Assembly (NCBI GenBank): GCA_030390025.1
Contig: CM059432.1
Span: 89,344,001 to 89,408,000 of the forward strand
Direction of reading: 5' to 3'
Length of the DNA: 64,000 nucleotides
Source of the DNA: Squalus acanthias
Lineage: Eukaryota
A program made the position numbers and the translations under genes. How positions within the stretch are numbered: position 1 is the first letter of the stretch; each line of letters begins with the position of its first letter. Positions 38,739 to 52,224 of the stretch are shown one piece after another. The notes under the pieces are model-generated. The model worked only from the letters and a program-made list of their open reading frames with translations. It was not told the origin of the DNA and searched no databases.

Positions 38739-40651
38739 AGCAGTTTTATTTGATGGGCCGAATGGCCTACTCTGTTTCTATGTAAAAATGCACTGAAGAA
38801 TAGGCTGTGCTGTTCAGAGGTAAAGAAATGTGCAGTGTTATTGAGCGAATCATGGATTACACCTGGCATAAGATTATCATAAATAATTGCTCTATATATG
38901 TAATATGTGCCAATAGTTATAGCATTTCTGTACTTGACTCTCAATTGGGAAATCCCGATTAGAATCTTGGTCTTAACTAACATTTATGATCAGAATAGTT
39001 TCCTACGGAAGTGAGAGTAAGTTCCTACAAATTACTCAAGTGGAGCTGGTCGAGGTTCAGCTAGGAAGTGTATTGCTGGTGTCTGTGGCGGTGTGGTGGG
39101 CTCAATTGCGCCAATTTCCCAGCTAATAATTATGAGCATTAATAATGACGAATAAAAATAGTGAAAGTGGTACAAACAATGGATATTTCAAGAATAGAAA
39201 AGGGGTAAAGAAGAACTGATCAAAAGAAAGACAAAGACCGTTATGAAAATCTCGGGGGGTTGATAGCATTGTAAACTGCCGCAGGGTCACTGTGAAGGTG
39301 CCTGTTAACCAAAGCCCCTCATCTGTGGGAGTCACTTGGAATTCATGCATAGCCATTTACTAACATATTTGCTCAATTTTATATGTCCCTGCATCATGAA
39401 CCAATCCTTGTATTCTGTGCACTTCGTATTTTAGAAATTTCAGTCCCATTTGTATCATGTGAAGCAAGCTTCATTAGCACCATTCACTTATTATATTGGC
39501 TGATTTGTTTGATCTTGTAATTGTGACCTGGTGCCCACTTTTCTTTTCATGCAATCAAAAGGGCGAGCCCTAACCATGTAACCTTTGACAGGTATTCAAT
39601 AAAAATCTTCTGGAAAACAAGTTGTGGGACACTGAGCTGTTAGTTGTGAAAGACAAGAATTGCATCATGGACTGTTGTTAGTGTGTAGTCGATGAAGTCT
39701 TAAGTTGGTCTTTTTTCTTCATAACTATTCACTACGCTCCTCGATAGTTATTAAGTTTCCATTTAAATAGCAAAAAGAAACATTTTAATCTAACTTTTTC
39801 TCTGTCTGGCATCAAAGAGCATTTATTTACAACTATTCTAAATTTAAAACAAATGATAAATATAAAATACAATGGTTACTAATCTTTGTGAAGGTCCTTG
39901 CATTTACTAAGGTGATAAAGGTAGGAATTATTATAATGCATTGGTAAATCATGAATTATTCACAAGTGCAGTACTTTCCGACAAATTCCGACAAACCAAA
40001 AAAGACTTTGAGCCATATTTTCTCTTAATCAATAATTTTAGAGAAAACATAGATGGGGCCGAACATCTGTTGCCTTTCGAGCGCACTCAGGCGTGACTCT
40101 GGTGTGATTCCGGCATGACTCTGGCATGATTCCAGCATGGAAGGGCCATGAATTAAGCCTGAGCCTGGATACGCTGGGTCCTGGCTTGATATCAGAGTTT
40201 CCACAGGCCCTGTAAGAGCGGAGCCATCATCCTACCCAAACAAGACCAATGATGTAGGAGGGTGCAGGTATTCCCAAGGCAGAGTACCCATGTCCCCGGC
40301 CTGGGTGCAACTCAGCGCAAAATCAGCGGCTAGTTGGCATGATCAGCGATAGCAGGTGTACCAGCCTACTGATTGGTGCTTGTGGGGACCACTGGCCTCA
40401 ACCCTTGAAAATTGAGTAACTTTTTAATTAAAAATTTGGAAGAGGGATGAGGAGACATTATAACATTGTTTATCCTTCTCCCCCATTCCCACATTGAAAC
40501 TGGCACAGTATTCTCCTACAGTATGCTATCTCCTTCGGCAGGCAGCTGCTTGAATTTGTCCCTTTGTGGTGAAGTCAGTGCTGGAGGTCCCAGATGGGCA
40601 CATTCCCACACAACTGCAGGGTTACAGCCACTGTAGATTTTCAGCCACAAT

Positions 40652-41395
40652 GGCCCATATTTTCCGATGCCTAAGGGTGTGTACGAGGTGTGTACACACC
40701 CGTAGGGACCTCGCAAATGCCGGTTTCAGGCATGCGAAGAGCATGCGCTGAAAACCGGCATTTCCGATCTGTCAAGAATTCTCTTGACAGATCGCATGCC
40801 TGCCCTGGAGAAGGGCCTCTGCGGGTGGAGAGTTCGGCTTTCTGCACAACCTCCGCCCGCTGAAATCCCTTAAAAATCTTACACCTGGTAAAAGCACGCC
40901 TGCTTTTACCAGCATAAGAGTTTTAAAAAGTTTTAAAAATTTCACTCATTTATAATTTAAAAATACATTAAAAAAGATAAGTTTATTTTTAGCCCCGTAA
41001 AAAACTTGAATTTTTTTCAAAAAATTAAATTTTTGTTTAAAATATTTAATTTAATGTAATTTTAACTAATTTTAAAAACATGTTTTTTTAAAAAAATTTA
41101 TTGAATGTTTTGATGTGTTTTTGGAGTGATCTCCATTTATACTTTTGACAGGTCTAAGCTGTCAAAAGTATGAAAGGAGAGTCCCTTCTCCCATTGGCTC
41201 CCCATGGCCCACGTGATCCCAGGGACGCTTGCGAACCGCATGCACCCCCGGGATACGTGGGCCCTGCGCATTTCGTCGTGGAGAGGCCCAGGATCAGAAG
41301 TGGCCAGACCTCTGGAGCCCTCAGGTAAAGGCGTAGATTTTTTCCAGATCGGAGGCCTCCGCACGCAGGAAGCCTCCGATCGGAAAATACGGCCC
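40652..41395. mobile_element. Harbinger-type MITE, divergent relative of family A (744 bp)
   Basis: 17-bp TIR with two mismatches (GGCCCATATTTTCCGAT / ATCGGAAAATACGGCCC), flanks AAT/GAT, and the same hairpins, AT-rich core and CCAAT/E-box module as family A. Confidence 0.85.
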
Positions 41396-41639
41396 GATGT
41401 GTGTAAACAGTGGTAGACTTCCAGTACAAAGTGTGGACGAGTTATTTGTTTGTGTTTAGTGCTGCTTTGAGGATTGCGGCTATCATAAAATGGCTACATG
41501 AAATTTAAGGAAAAGTGAAAGAAAAATCTTTATTATTAAAGGACAATCATAAAAACTTCATGTAGAATGAAGCAGAGTAGAAGAAAATCAGAAAGGGAGT
41601 ATTTGGGGGCTAAATTGGATAGCCCTCGAAAATGGGCGC

Positions 41640-42744
41640 TGGGATCGCGATGCCGTTGATGCCAGGAGTCTTGGCCCGAGGAATTGGATGCAGTGCCGCA
41701 AGAAGTTCAATGAGCCCACACGAGTGGTCAAGGTCAGTGAAAGCATCTTCAAATGCCATATCCTAACAACTGCACCTCTAGCCTCAGCCACTGCTCAATG
41801 CACCACACCCTCATTGCTCACCTACCAACAATCGCTATCAATCAGGACTCCTACCCAACATCCATAGCTTCACCTCACCCTCACACACTTAGCACTGCTG
41901 CAAGCCACACATCCACATCTCACAGCTTGCACACACTGCCAGCTATTCAACCATGACAGCCACATCACCCAAACAGATTGCACGACACGCACTGACAAAC
42001 TTCCCTCTCTCTTGCAGGACAAGGTGTCACACAACCGGAGGCAGCAGGAGCTAACCGGAGGGGGACAGGTGTGCCTGCATTTCCTAACCCCGTTGGAGGA
42101 GATGGTACTGGCCATTATTGGAATGGCCATTGCTGAGGCCGTGGCGGGGCTGAAACCATCGAAGGTGACGGTATCCTCATACCTAATCCTCCTTCTCACA
42201 ACCCACTCCCCCCTCATCTCACAATCTGTTCTGATTTACAAGCTGCAGATGGTGTAACCATGCACCTCTTACTTCCCCCCTCCCCTCACCACAACACCAC
42301 CCTTGTGCCTTTTTTCTTTCAGATATCCAAGAGGTGCAATCTGGCCAGGCAGTGGAGGAACACCAAGAAGAGAGTGATGATGAAGACACAGCACCATCAC
42401 TTGATTTCACGCTCGCAGCCACCTGCTCAGATACTGACACTGCGAATATCTTAGGGAATAGATGAGAGGCGGGATCGGTATGTGGTGAGACACCGGGCAC
42501 GGATGCGCTGCAGCCAGGGCAGGGGGCAATGATAGCGCAGATGCCAGCTCACCGGAGGGCGAGATCGCGCACGGGTTCCGCTACAGAGGTCTCAGATGAG
42601 TTCGATGGGGCAGCCTACAGAAGAATGCTGATGGGCATGCACAACGAAATGCTTGGTGCATTGGGAAGCCTGCCAGAAAGCTTGTGTTCAATGTCAAGGA
42701 GCATGGAGGATTCCAGAACCAATTTGGCACAGGACAAGCACTAA
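41640..42744 (+). pseudogene. Harbinger Myb/SANT-like partner gene remnant, three exons
   Basis: PRNWMQCRKKFNEPTRVVK then donor AAG|GTCAGT (~41731); acceptor CTTGCAG (~42017) then DKVSHNRRQQELTGGG; acceptor CTTTCAG (~42322). Confidence 0.75.
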
Positions 42745-42949
42745 GGGAATGCACAAAGTTGATTAATTTACGTTTGAATGCAATACAGCATGATTTAATT
42801 TATAAATTTGGTTTGGAATGTTTATTTTGTGGTGGCTTTTATGTTTGCATTGTGGCCAAGCAGACACTGTGATGGTGAGTGACAGAGGGAAGGTAAGGAG
42901 TGTGGGACTGTTGGTAAATGGAGAATTGGGGTTGCGGTTATTGGATTCG

Positions 42950-43915
42950 CACTGCTATAGTTCTTTTCAGACAGCCCCGGCAGAAAGGGACTATCTAGGT
43001 TGCCTTCTTCCTTCCTCTTCCTCCTCTCCCTCTTCTTCCACCTCCTCCTTCTCCTCCTCTTCATGCTCCTCCTGCTCAGCTGCTCGCTGTATAGCTGGTG
43101 GCAAGGGCTGTGCCCCTCAGGATGTCGAGTTTGTGCAGCATGCAGCAGACCACCATGAATCTTGACACCCGCTCTGCCGAGTACTGCTGGGCTCCTCCAG
43201 AGCAGTCCAGGCAGCAGAAGTGTTGTTTCAGCACGCCAATGATCTGCTCTATCACATTTTTTGTGGCAGCATGGCTCTCATTGTATGCATGGTGCGCACG
43301 TGTGCGGGGGTTGCAAACCGGAGTCATGAGCCGTGTCGTCAGCGGGTAGCCCTTGTCACCCAGTAGCCGTCCTTTGGTTTGCCATGGTGGCTGAAATGCA
43401 GCTGGCACAGCGGACTGCCACAGAATGAAGGCATCATGACTGCTGCTAGGATACCGGGCATTGACCTGCATGATTCATTGCCTATGGTCGCACAGCAGCT
43501 GGATATTGAGGGAGTGGAATCCCTTTCGGTTCCGGTATATGGCAGAGTTAACATGCGGCACCCGCAAAGCAATGTGTGTGCAGTCAATAGCACCCTGCAC
43601 CATGGGGAAGTCTGCAATCCTAGCGAAGCCCGTGCTCGCTCCGCCTGTTCGTCTCTGGCAAGGAAGAATGAAATGTAGTCAACTCTCTTTGAATAGAGAG
43701 CCTCAGGCAACAGTGCATGGCAAACTGCAAGATGTTGCACAAAACTTCAGCACCAGTCTGAAAGGAGTCAGATGCATAAAAGTTCATGGCCACAGTCACC
43801 TTCACAGCCACTGGCAATGAGGTCCTCACCCTGCTCTGCAGTTGCAGTTGTGGCTGCAGCAGGTGGCAGATCTCAGTGAGGACATCCTTACTGAAGCGCA
43901 GATGTGCTCACCAAG
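42950..43915 (-). pseudogene. Harbinger HARBI1-like DDE transposase remnant
   Basis: VAVKVTVAMNFYAS, ARYPSSSHDAFIL, LLGDKGYPL, LMTPV, YNESHAATKNVIEQIIGVLK and CCMLHKL motifs plus an acidic tail; several frameshifts. Confidence 0.92.
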
Positions 43916-46377
43916 ATGGCGTCTGGCACGATTCGTGGAAGAACTGTGCGCACATACATCGAACGCCACTTTGGTCCCCGAATGACACCTGTAGCACCCA
44001 AACAACGGGAGCCATCGAGCCCAATTTTGCCTCCTCTAAGTCCGGGTCAAGACCTGGAGTTGGTAATCTTCATGGAGGTTAACATTTTGAAGCATAAGCA
44101 CAACAATAACGGTAGAGAGCTGCATATCTCATATCTACTGTTAAATTTACTTAGATTTTCTACAGAATGAAAGCTTGACAGTCTGCAAGATATATTAAAA
44201 GTGAACAAATTACGAGTCATTTTCTAAGTCTGTGTTGCTGTTGGGAACCTTGCCCGTCTGCCCACACTACATGTTGGAGAGTAGGGCATGGCTGTGCATG
44301 ATTTTCCAACCAAAGTGCTAGAAAATTATGAAGAGCACGCACCCAAATTTTCAATATACACGCGCTGACAGACAAGGTTTGATTTTATTCTGTGGTCCTG
44401 TGCATTAGGTCTAATGTTTAATGAGTTGGTTGATTGATTTTTCTTCTTGTATGATGTGAATGTCTGCATGTTGGTTCTTGATCTGCCCGATGAGATTTTG
44501 CTCCCCATCATTGGTGGGTGACTGCACAGGCTACTGGCTAGTTGTTGGGAATAAGGATCACTAACTGGTTCTGTGATTAACTCTAACACATATTTATCAG
44601 TACTAGGACCTTTGTTGCTGTTGTCTTTCAGGGGCAGCACCAATTGTTACTCATCCTTGTCCTCTTCCTTCTCCTCCTCCAACAAATCTTTAATGTAAAA
44701 CTGTCCCAAGGTGGTTTAAAATGGAAATAATGAGGGGTTACAGGATGGCAGAGAACTCCTGTTAACATGACTGGCGGCCGACGACTTTTGTGCAAATCTT
44801 TCCAAACTTCCCACTCAGCCGTTCTTCAAAACTATTGTGAGCTTTACATCTAGATTACTGAACTTCTCACCATTTATACTGGTAAAGTGACTGATTAGCT
44901 GTTTGAGAAATGTTAAAAGATTGTATTACAGGTTTACTGTAATTGGCTGCTTATTTTCATTCCCACTAATGAAACACATTCCACAAAATTGCACATTTCA
45001 AAACCAAATGTTCCTGCCATTTTGTTAGCAGCACATAAACAACAATGAGAAACAGCTACTTAACCTATTTTCCAAGGAAAATGTAAACCATGGTGTCTGC
45101 AACTTGATCCTAGAATTAAAGAATGTTATGGCACAGAAACAAGCCACTTGGCCAATATTTTTCCCCTGTGAGCCAACTAGTTCAATCTTACCCTCCTGCA
45201 CTCTACCCACATCCTTCAACATGCCTTTTTTTTAAAGCAACAACCTCATTTCCTTTTAAAAGAATTTATGGACTCTGCCTCAACAATGTTTTGTGGCAGA
45301 TAATTCCAACTATCCTCTGTGTAAAGACATTGGCCCCAAAATTTTGTGGGAGTTCCACCAGTCTCCCAATATAACTCCAGTACAAGTTACACTGGCTGTG
45401 TCCTTCATGGGTCCAGGTCAAGACCATGGCTGGGCACCATATCCACCAGCTAGGAGGATTTTATGCCGCCTTGCACCTGGTGTACTGGCCACCCAGGTTG
45501 GAGTAGAGGAAATTGCCAAGCTGGGAATCCTTCGCCCACCGGCCACACACCCCATCTGATGTTTGGATGGACGGAGGTTCCGTTCCAAACAAGACCTCAC
45601 TAAAATTAGCAGCAAATGCTGGGACCAGGTGTATCTGGGTTCCAGTTTAATTCACAGGCCTTCTGACGCATTCACACCCACTTTATGGCAGGATGTACTC
45701 GACATCCTGTGGATGGTTGGGGCCCTTATATTTACAAAAACGTTACTTTTTTTAAATGTTCCAAGAAAATGTTTGGCAGTGACTATAGGTTCCTGTTTAA
45801 TCAGGAAATGAAAGTCAGCATTTTTCTGCCACATCTAATGCAAACTTCAGCACCCAACTTGGCTTCACAGGAGCATTCTGTTAATGAGGCATTTAAATAC
45901 AGTTTTTGTTTTTCATCCCCTTTGTTGTTCTATAAATACATAATATGGCCCTTCTTGCTTCCTGTGTCACTGATGGGCTATACCTCTTCTTAAAGCTCTA
46001 ATCCAAAGCTTAACTTGGCTAATTCAGTGTAAAAAACCATACTTCACACCTCGTGCATGAATAGTATAAACCCAATGTTGTTCTAGTGCGAGAGTTAGTG
46101 TCACTTGAAGGTAATTCTAATCAATGTGACATTTACAGAGCGAACCTCATTCAGTTCAGCACTGCCCTTTTTTACTACCTATAATATTGAAAATGTGCAG
46201 TTCTTCTGGCTGAAGACCACCATCACTCCAGTGGGAGTGCAGCAGAAGGTCCAGAATATAGGCCAGAACCAAAATACACCAGGCTCGGAGATGGTAGCTA
46301 GTTTCCAGGTGGAAGCTCCACCTGCCTCAAGCATGGTCCCTCTGCTTTAGGGCAGTGACAGGGGCAGGAGCTCTTTA

Positions 46378-47512
46378 CATAAGAAATAAGAGAAGGAGTA
46401 GGCCATACGGCCCTTCGAGCCTGCTCCGCCATTCAATAAGATCATGGCTGATCATCGACCTCAACTCCACTTTCCTGCCCGATCTCCGTATCGCTTGATT
46501 CCCCTAGAGTCCAAAAACCTATCTATCTCAGCCTTGAATATACTCAAAGACTCAGCATTCACAGTCCTCTGGGGCAGAGAATTCCAAAGATTAAAACCCT
46601 CTAAGTGAAGAAATTCCTCCTCATCTCAGTCTTAAATGGCCTACCCCTTATCCTGAGACTATGCCCCCTAGTTCTAGACACTCCAGCCAGGGGAAACAAC
46701 CTCTCAACATCTACCCTCTCAATCCCTTTCAGAATCTTGTATGTTTCAATGAGATCACGTCTCATTCTTCTAAACTCCAGAGAGTATAGGCCCATTCTAC
46801 ACAATCTCTCATCATAGGACAGCCCTCTCATCCCAGGAATCAATCTAGTGAACCTTTGTTGCACTGCCTCCAAGGCAAGTATATCCTTCCTTAGATAAGG
46901 AGACCAAAACTGTGCACAGTACTCCAGGTGTGGTCTCACCAAGGCCCTGTACAATTGTAGCAAGACTTCCTTACTCTTATACTCCAAACCCCTTGCAATA
47001 AAGGCCAACATGCCATTTGCCTTCCTTATTGCTTGCCGTACCTGCATGCTAGCTTTCTGTGTTTCTTGCACGAGGACACCCAAATCTCTCTGAACACAAA
47101 CATTTGAAAGTTTCTCACCATTTAAAAAATATTCTGTTTTTCTATTCTTCCTACCAAAGTGAATAACCTCACATTTCCCTAAATTATACTCCATCTGCCA
47201 CCTTACTGCCCACTCACTTAGTCTATCTATATCCCTTTGCAGACTCTTTGTGTTCTCCTCGCAGCTTACTGTCCCACCTAGCTTTGTATCCTCAGCAAAC
47301 TTGGATACATTACACTCAGTCCCTTCATCTAGGTCATTAATATAGATTGTAAATAACTGAGGCCCCAACACTGATCCTTGCGGCACCCCACTAGTTACAC
47401 CCTGCCAACCTGAAAAAGATCCGTTTATCCCTACTCTCTGTTTTCTGTCCATTAACCAATCCTCTATCCATGCTACTATATTACCCCAACCCTGTGAGCC
47501 CTAATCTTGTGT
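46378..47512 (-). mobile_element. 5'-truncated CR1 (RT C-terminal half and 3' tail)
   Basis: ORF 46601-47452 with GVPQGSVLGP, FAEDT (DD mutated) and RPHLEYC; tail at 46378-46430. Confidence 0.93.
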
Positions 47513-47909
47513 ATTTAAGCTGGGATTTCCTGCTTCCTAGGCCTCATTGGTACCTAGCATAAGTTTAGTGATTTGAGGCAATCAAGCCTCCGAAAGGGTG
47601 CAAGTGGGCTTCACTGGGGGCATCCAGGCCAGGGTCGGGGCCTGAACCCTCTAAGAGCGGGACAGAAATGTAATTTTCACAATCTTTAAAGTGGCCCACT
47701 GACATAGGGTGCTGTTGGAGCCATTATCCTCCACTTTCCGGGGGGCGTCTCCCAGCACCCCAACCCTCGCCCAGCCAGCTTTCTCCACAGAAGCCTGCTC
47801 ATATAGGCCTCTCCCACTGACACCACACACTTCAGAAGTGTCAGTGCCAAAGCTTCACGAGTTCCATAACTGCTGGGATTGCACCCTCAAAGGTTTCTGG
47901 GGTCATCAT

Positions 47910-47995
47910 ATTTGGGACGTCCTGATGTTGTGAAAGGAGCTATGTAAATGCAAGTCTTTCTTTCTTTCTTTCATTCATTCATTCATTCATTCATG
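47910..47995 (+). repeat. SINE/L2 3' tail followed by (TTTC)n(TTCA)n microsatellite
   Basis: Matches the tail of the SINE at 24415-24474. Confidence 0.7.
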
Positions 47996-49064
47996 TCTTT
48001 GTGTTATAGTGTTGCAGTGCTGTAGAGTCTCTTGCTCAAGCCAATTGTGGAAACAGCAACCAGTGTCCTTCTAACCAATCATATCACAGAACTTCACTCA
48101 ATGAAATGGCAGAGATTACTGTGGCCTTTAATGTGTCTATTTAGCCAATCAGATCCAAAAACCAATCAAATTTCAGACAATGTTAGTAGGTACCAATCAG
48201 ATCCAAAACCCATCTTTGTAGGATCATCTCTGGTTATTAGTTTTTTCACTGAAGCAATCACATTCTACAAAAATACAAATACTAACATACCTTACCTCCT
48301 CCACTATCTACGCCCTGAAAAATAAACTTGATCACATAATTAGCACATCAAAAATGTAATCTTTCACAGAAAGAATCATCAACTTGTCCACAAATTTTCT
48401 CATTCCATCTTCCAATTGCTCCATTGTCTTCCTCCCCATCCAAAGTCAACAGCGCTGACCCAGGTGTACCTTTCTCTGTCAATATACAGAACCTAACCTG
48501 CCCCCAAATCTGTACTCCAGGGCCCGACTGAGCTCAGGCCCAAAGTCTGAAAGCCAATGTGAAGAATCCATGTGGTGTGCAGCAGGCCTCAGGCAGGTGC
48601 AAGTTGACAACTCTGGACCACCATTTCCATGTGTTCATAATAAATGGGCATAAAATCCAACACTCCTTAACTTCCGGCACTTCGTTGCTGGCTTTAGCTA
48701 CTTCATGGACTCCCATTTGCTTTCTCTGCAGTTCTGCTCTTCAGGGTTGTCTCCAACTGCTGCCTGACCCCTTCCATGGTTCTCCTCAGTGCTCTGAAGT
48801 TCCATAGTTCTGGTTCTAAGAAGAGAGAAACTAAAAGAGCAAAATTTGCAGGATTTGTGACCATGTCAAAACAATTAGTCTAATAAGTGTTGGACAGCAG
48901 CTGTGTTGGCCTGCCTCTTATTGACCAGCCTATCCCTTTTCTTGATCTCTCAGCAGTTGGGTCCTACCATTGCCACTCTAGAAAAGGGGGGCATTGGATG
49001 CTTGTCATTAGCCCATTAATTTCTCGTTGAAGTGAGTGATGGAGTTATTTCATCAATAGTAATT

Positions 49065-49256
49065 GGGATTCTCTACCCCAGAGGACTGTGGATGCTCCGT
49101 CGTTAAGTATATTTAAGGCTGAGATTGATAGATTTTTGGACGCTAAGGGAATCAAGGGATATAGGGATCAGGCGGGAAACTGGAGTTGAGGTCGAAATTC
49201 AGCCATGACCTTATTGAATGGCCTACTTGTGATTCTTATTTCTTATGTTCTTATGT
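49065..49256 (+). mobile_element. CR1 extreme 3' fragment
   Basis: 'tttaaggctgagattgatagattttt...ggaatcaagggatat...ttcttatgttcttatg' matches the other CR1 ends in the window. Confidence 0.8.
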
Positions 49257-52224
49257 AACATTGAGGGAGAAATCTTGTGCCATTTCTGGTTCTGTCAATC
49301 TGCCACTAGAAAACCCCTTGGAAATTCCGGGTGATTATGAATGTGTTTCACTATCTTGAAATGACATTAAATATGAGTATACAAATGGTAAATGAATTTG
49401 TATGAAATTACTTTGTCCAATTTTTTAATGGAGGTGTTATTCAATTTAAAGTAGGGTTAAAGTAGGGTTTAATACCTCTGTTAAAGTAGCAAAATGTTTG
49501 TACGCTAAAGTTCACGCAGCATAAGTTCAAGGCCTGTGTCACTTTTGTTTGGCTCAGATCTGTATTGAATAGCTGCTCTACAGAAGCAAGGGCTCAGTGG
49601 CACAAAAGGCAATTGATGCATTCAAAATGGCAAATCTATAATTCTATAGTTCTCTTCCAATATTGAAATTGAGCACCTTTCACAGGATGTGAGAGTCTGC
49701 TGTACATTCCCGGTTTTACAATTGAAAACTCAATGATTTGCCAAACGATAAAGTATGAAGTGATGTTGGGGTTATATATGTCACTAAGTTAAGCAGAGTA
49801 AAATGTGATTACAAATATGCAGAGTTTTAAGAAATAAAATGCTCCTTGCAAGCTAACTTACCATTACAAAATATTACTACAAAAACTAGGACAGACCGAC
49901 TTGCAGTTTAGCAATACAATCACACTCATTACTTTTGAGCATGGGGAGCTCAAGATTTTGGCAGTTATACTGGTTATTTACATTTAGACCCCATTTTTGC
50001 AGAACTTACGCCAAAATTGCTGACAGAACTTGTTTTCTTAACCTGGAATGTAAAAATTGGCACAAAACAAGCTCAAATGCAGTGGCACCAACAGAAGTAA
50101 TAGTGAGTGAGCTGCTGACTTCTGCCATGACGCCTCACTCTCCGAACCTCTTGCCTCGCTGCTCCTCTTCCTCTTCCCCTTCCTTATATGCAGAGCAGGG
50201 GTATGCCTATTAGGAAGGCCATTTCAGCCTCTGAGTCCTTCCGAACGCATGAAGGGCACGGGAATCGGAGGAAATTCTCATGTCCCAATATTTCAGCTTA
50301 AATCTGGCATAAATTAGTTATGCACAAATTTCCTCAGAAAAAAATGGCACAATACCGCTCTTACACCGTAGTTACACTGAAGGGTTTCAGGAAATTCCAG
50401 GTTTAGTGTGTGTAGGGAGATTGAAAGGCTACCATTGCAGTCTGTCTTAACATATTAGTGTGCATGTGCATCTGGTGATGCATCACATGACTTCTAGAGT
50501 TAAACTGTGAACAAGCATTTTAATGAGAGCATGTCAGATAAAGATACTTTGGCCTAGATTTTCCATTCCCCTCCGCAGATTTTTAAGTGGATCTAAGGCA
50601 GGGAGTGGGCACATTTCCTCCCACCCAGCCCTGTAACCAGGCCACCGCACAGTATATCTCCCCTAGCATTGCTTGTGGGCTAGGAGTAGAGGCCTAAGAG
50701 CAAGTTTTAAAGCAGGTTTGAGGCAGGATGGCACACAAAGAATGTAGCAAGCACTGGGAGTGGGGCTGGAGCAGGGGAGAGTTGCTTTGGTCTGAGAGCA
50801 GTGGTGACTGGGAAGCGAATGAATCAGAAGAGAGTTGAAGAATGAGTGGGGAATGCATTATGGCTGCACTGATTTTCTCTGTAACTGATTCTCTCAATAT
50901 GATTGGTCCGTAGTGACAACATGACCAATAACTTTATTTGGTTAGAACGTCTCAATAAGCAATGTTGGAGGCTCTGTACTAATCAGTACAGTCTCTTCAA
51001 ATTCATGCTTTTACAGGCTCAAAAAGGTATTCTCCACTTTAGGACGGAATGCCATCGGCCCAAAGGGACATGCAGTGGTGCTGCTTGAGGCGGATGGGGC
51101 AGGAGTGAGCAGCAGTGGTCCTGGTGGGTGGCAAAAGGAAGGAAATCCCGGTTGGGGCAGTGAGCTGGTGGTAAGCCTCACTGAATTAATTTTCCCTCAT
51201 TCTCCACTGCAATCCCACATGATTTTAGGTGGGATCATGGAGGAGAATTCCCTCCAAAGTTTCTAACAGTGTTGTTTTTTGAGTTGGACAAGATTTTTAA
51301 AAATTTCATACAGAATGTCATGATAAAGTACAAAACATTACTGGTTTTTCTTCACCAATAAATGGTTTCTGGTTAGATATTATCTTGAAATACAGTAAAG
51401 AATTAGGCACAATGTGATAAAATAAAGCTTGTTGTTGTAACTTGGAGAGGACTGATGTTCGATCAACCCTCCTCTCCTAAAAAATACATTTTGAGTATGA
51501 TGGCTTTTGTGTTCTGCCGAAACTTGCTCCCCATAAGTGCCTATGTTTTGTAAATGCAAGTGTTCTTTGTACTCACAGAGTAAATGAGAAATCACCAGGA
51601 TACTTGAGCATTTCTCCAGTTACAAAGACAAGCAGGGCACTGGAAAAATTGGCACTCGTCTCATTTTATGACCTGAAAGCCATGCAGAAAAAAGAATTTT
51701 AACAACCAAATTACTTTTACGAAGCTCTGTTGGTAGCAGAGATCACTAGCTGCTTCCTAGCTGCGATACCTAATCTGTATCGATGCCTTAGAGACAGTGG
51801 GCTATTGATTTTTACCTGCCTGTACTCTATGACCATATCCTCAGCTTTTTAGACATCTGTGAAAATATAAACTGGGCTTTCAGTACAACTTCTATCACCA
51901 CCACAAACTGTGTTCGAGAAAATCTTTACCAAAGTAAATAATCTCAGAGAGACATTTAAAAAGAACAACAACACTGCCAAGTTGTTTCTCTAATGTTATA
52001 TAGTGATCCTCCAAATATTACAGTAAAGGAGAGCAAAAGTAATTGTCGCAAATCTTTGGTTAAAACTGAGTTCTTTATTCAGTGGCTTTAGAGATAGATA
52101 GGTTTGCACAATGCCAATCCTTTTGTAGCTGAGATAAACGGTGCAAGTTCACAGCACTGAAACAAAGAATTAGTGTTACAAGACAACTGAACCGTTGCCA
52201 TTTGCTTTGCCTCAAATGTTTTAA

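Larger units (their letters stand above)
41605..44034. mobile_element. Decayed two-gene PIF/Harbinger transposon with both termini
   Basis: TIR GGGGGCTAAATTGG / CCAATTTTGCCTCC (12/14), flanks TTT/TCT; Myb-like gene on plus and transposase on minus. Confidence 0.88.

Noticed and set aside
40090..40140. Short 11-bp tandem (GGCATGACTCT variants)
   Set aside because: Only 4-5 degenerate units inside an old MITE-like region; no further structure.
42950..43915. Domesticated host HARBI1 gene
   Set aside because: It is frameshifted, multi-copy and enclosed by TIRs with a Myb partner, so it is a transposon remnant; no gene symbol is given.
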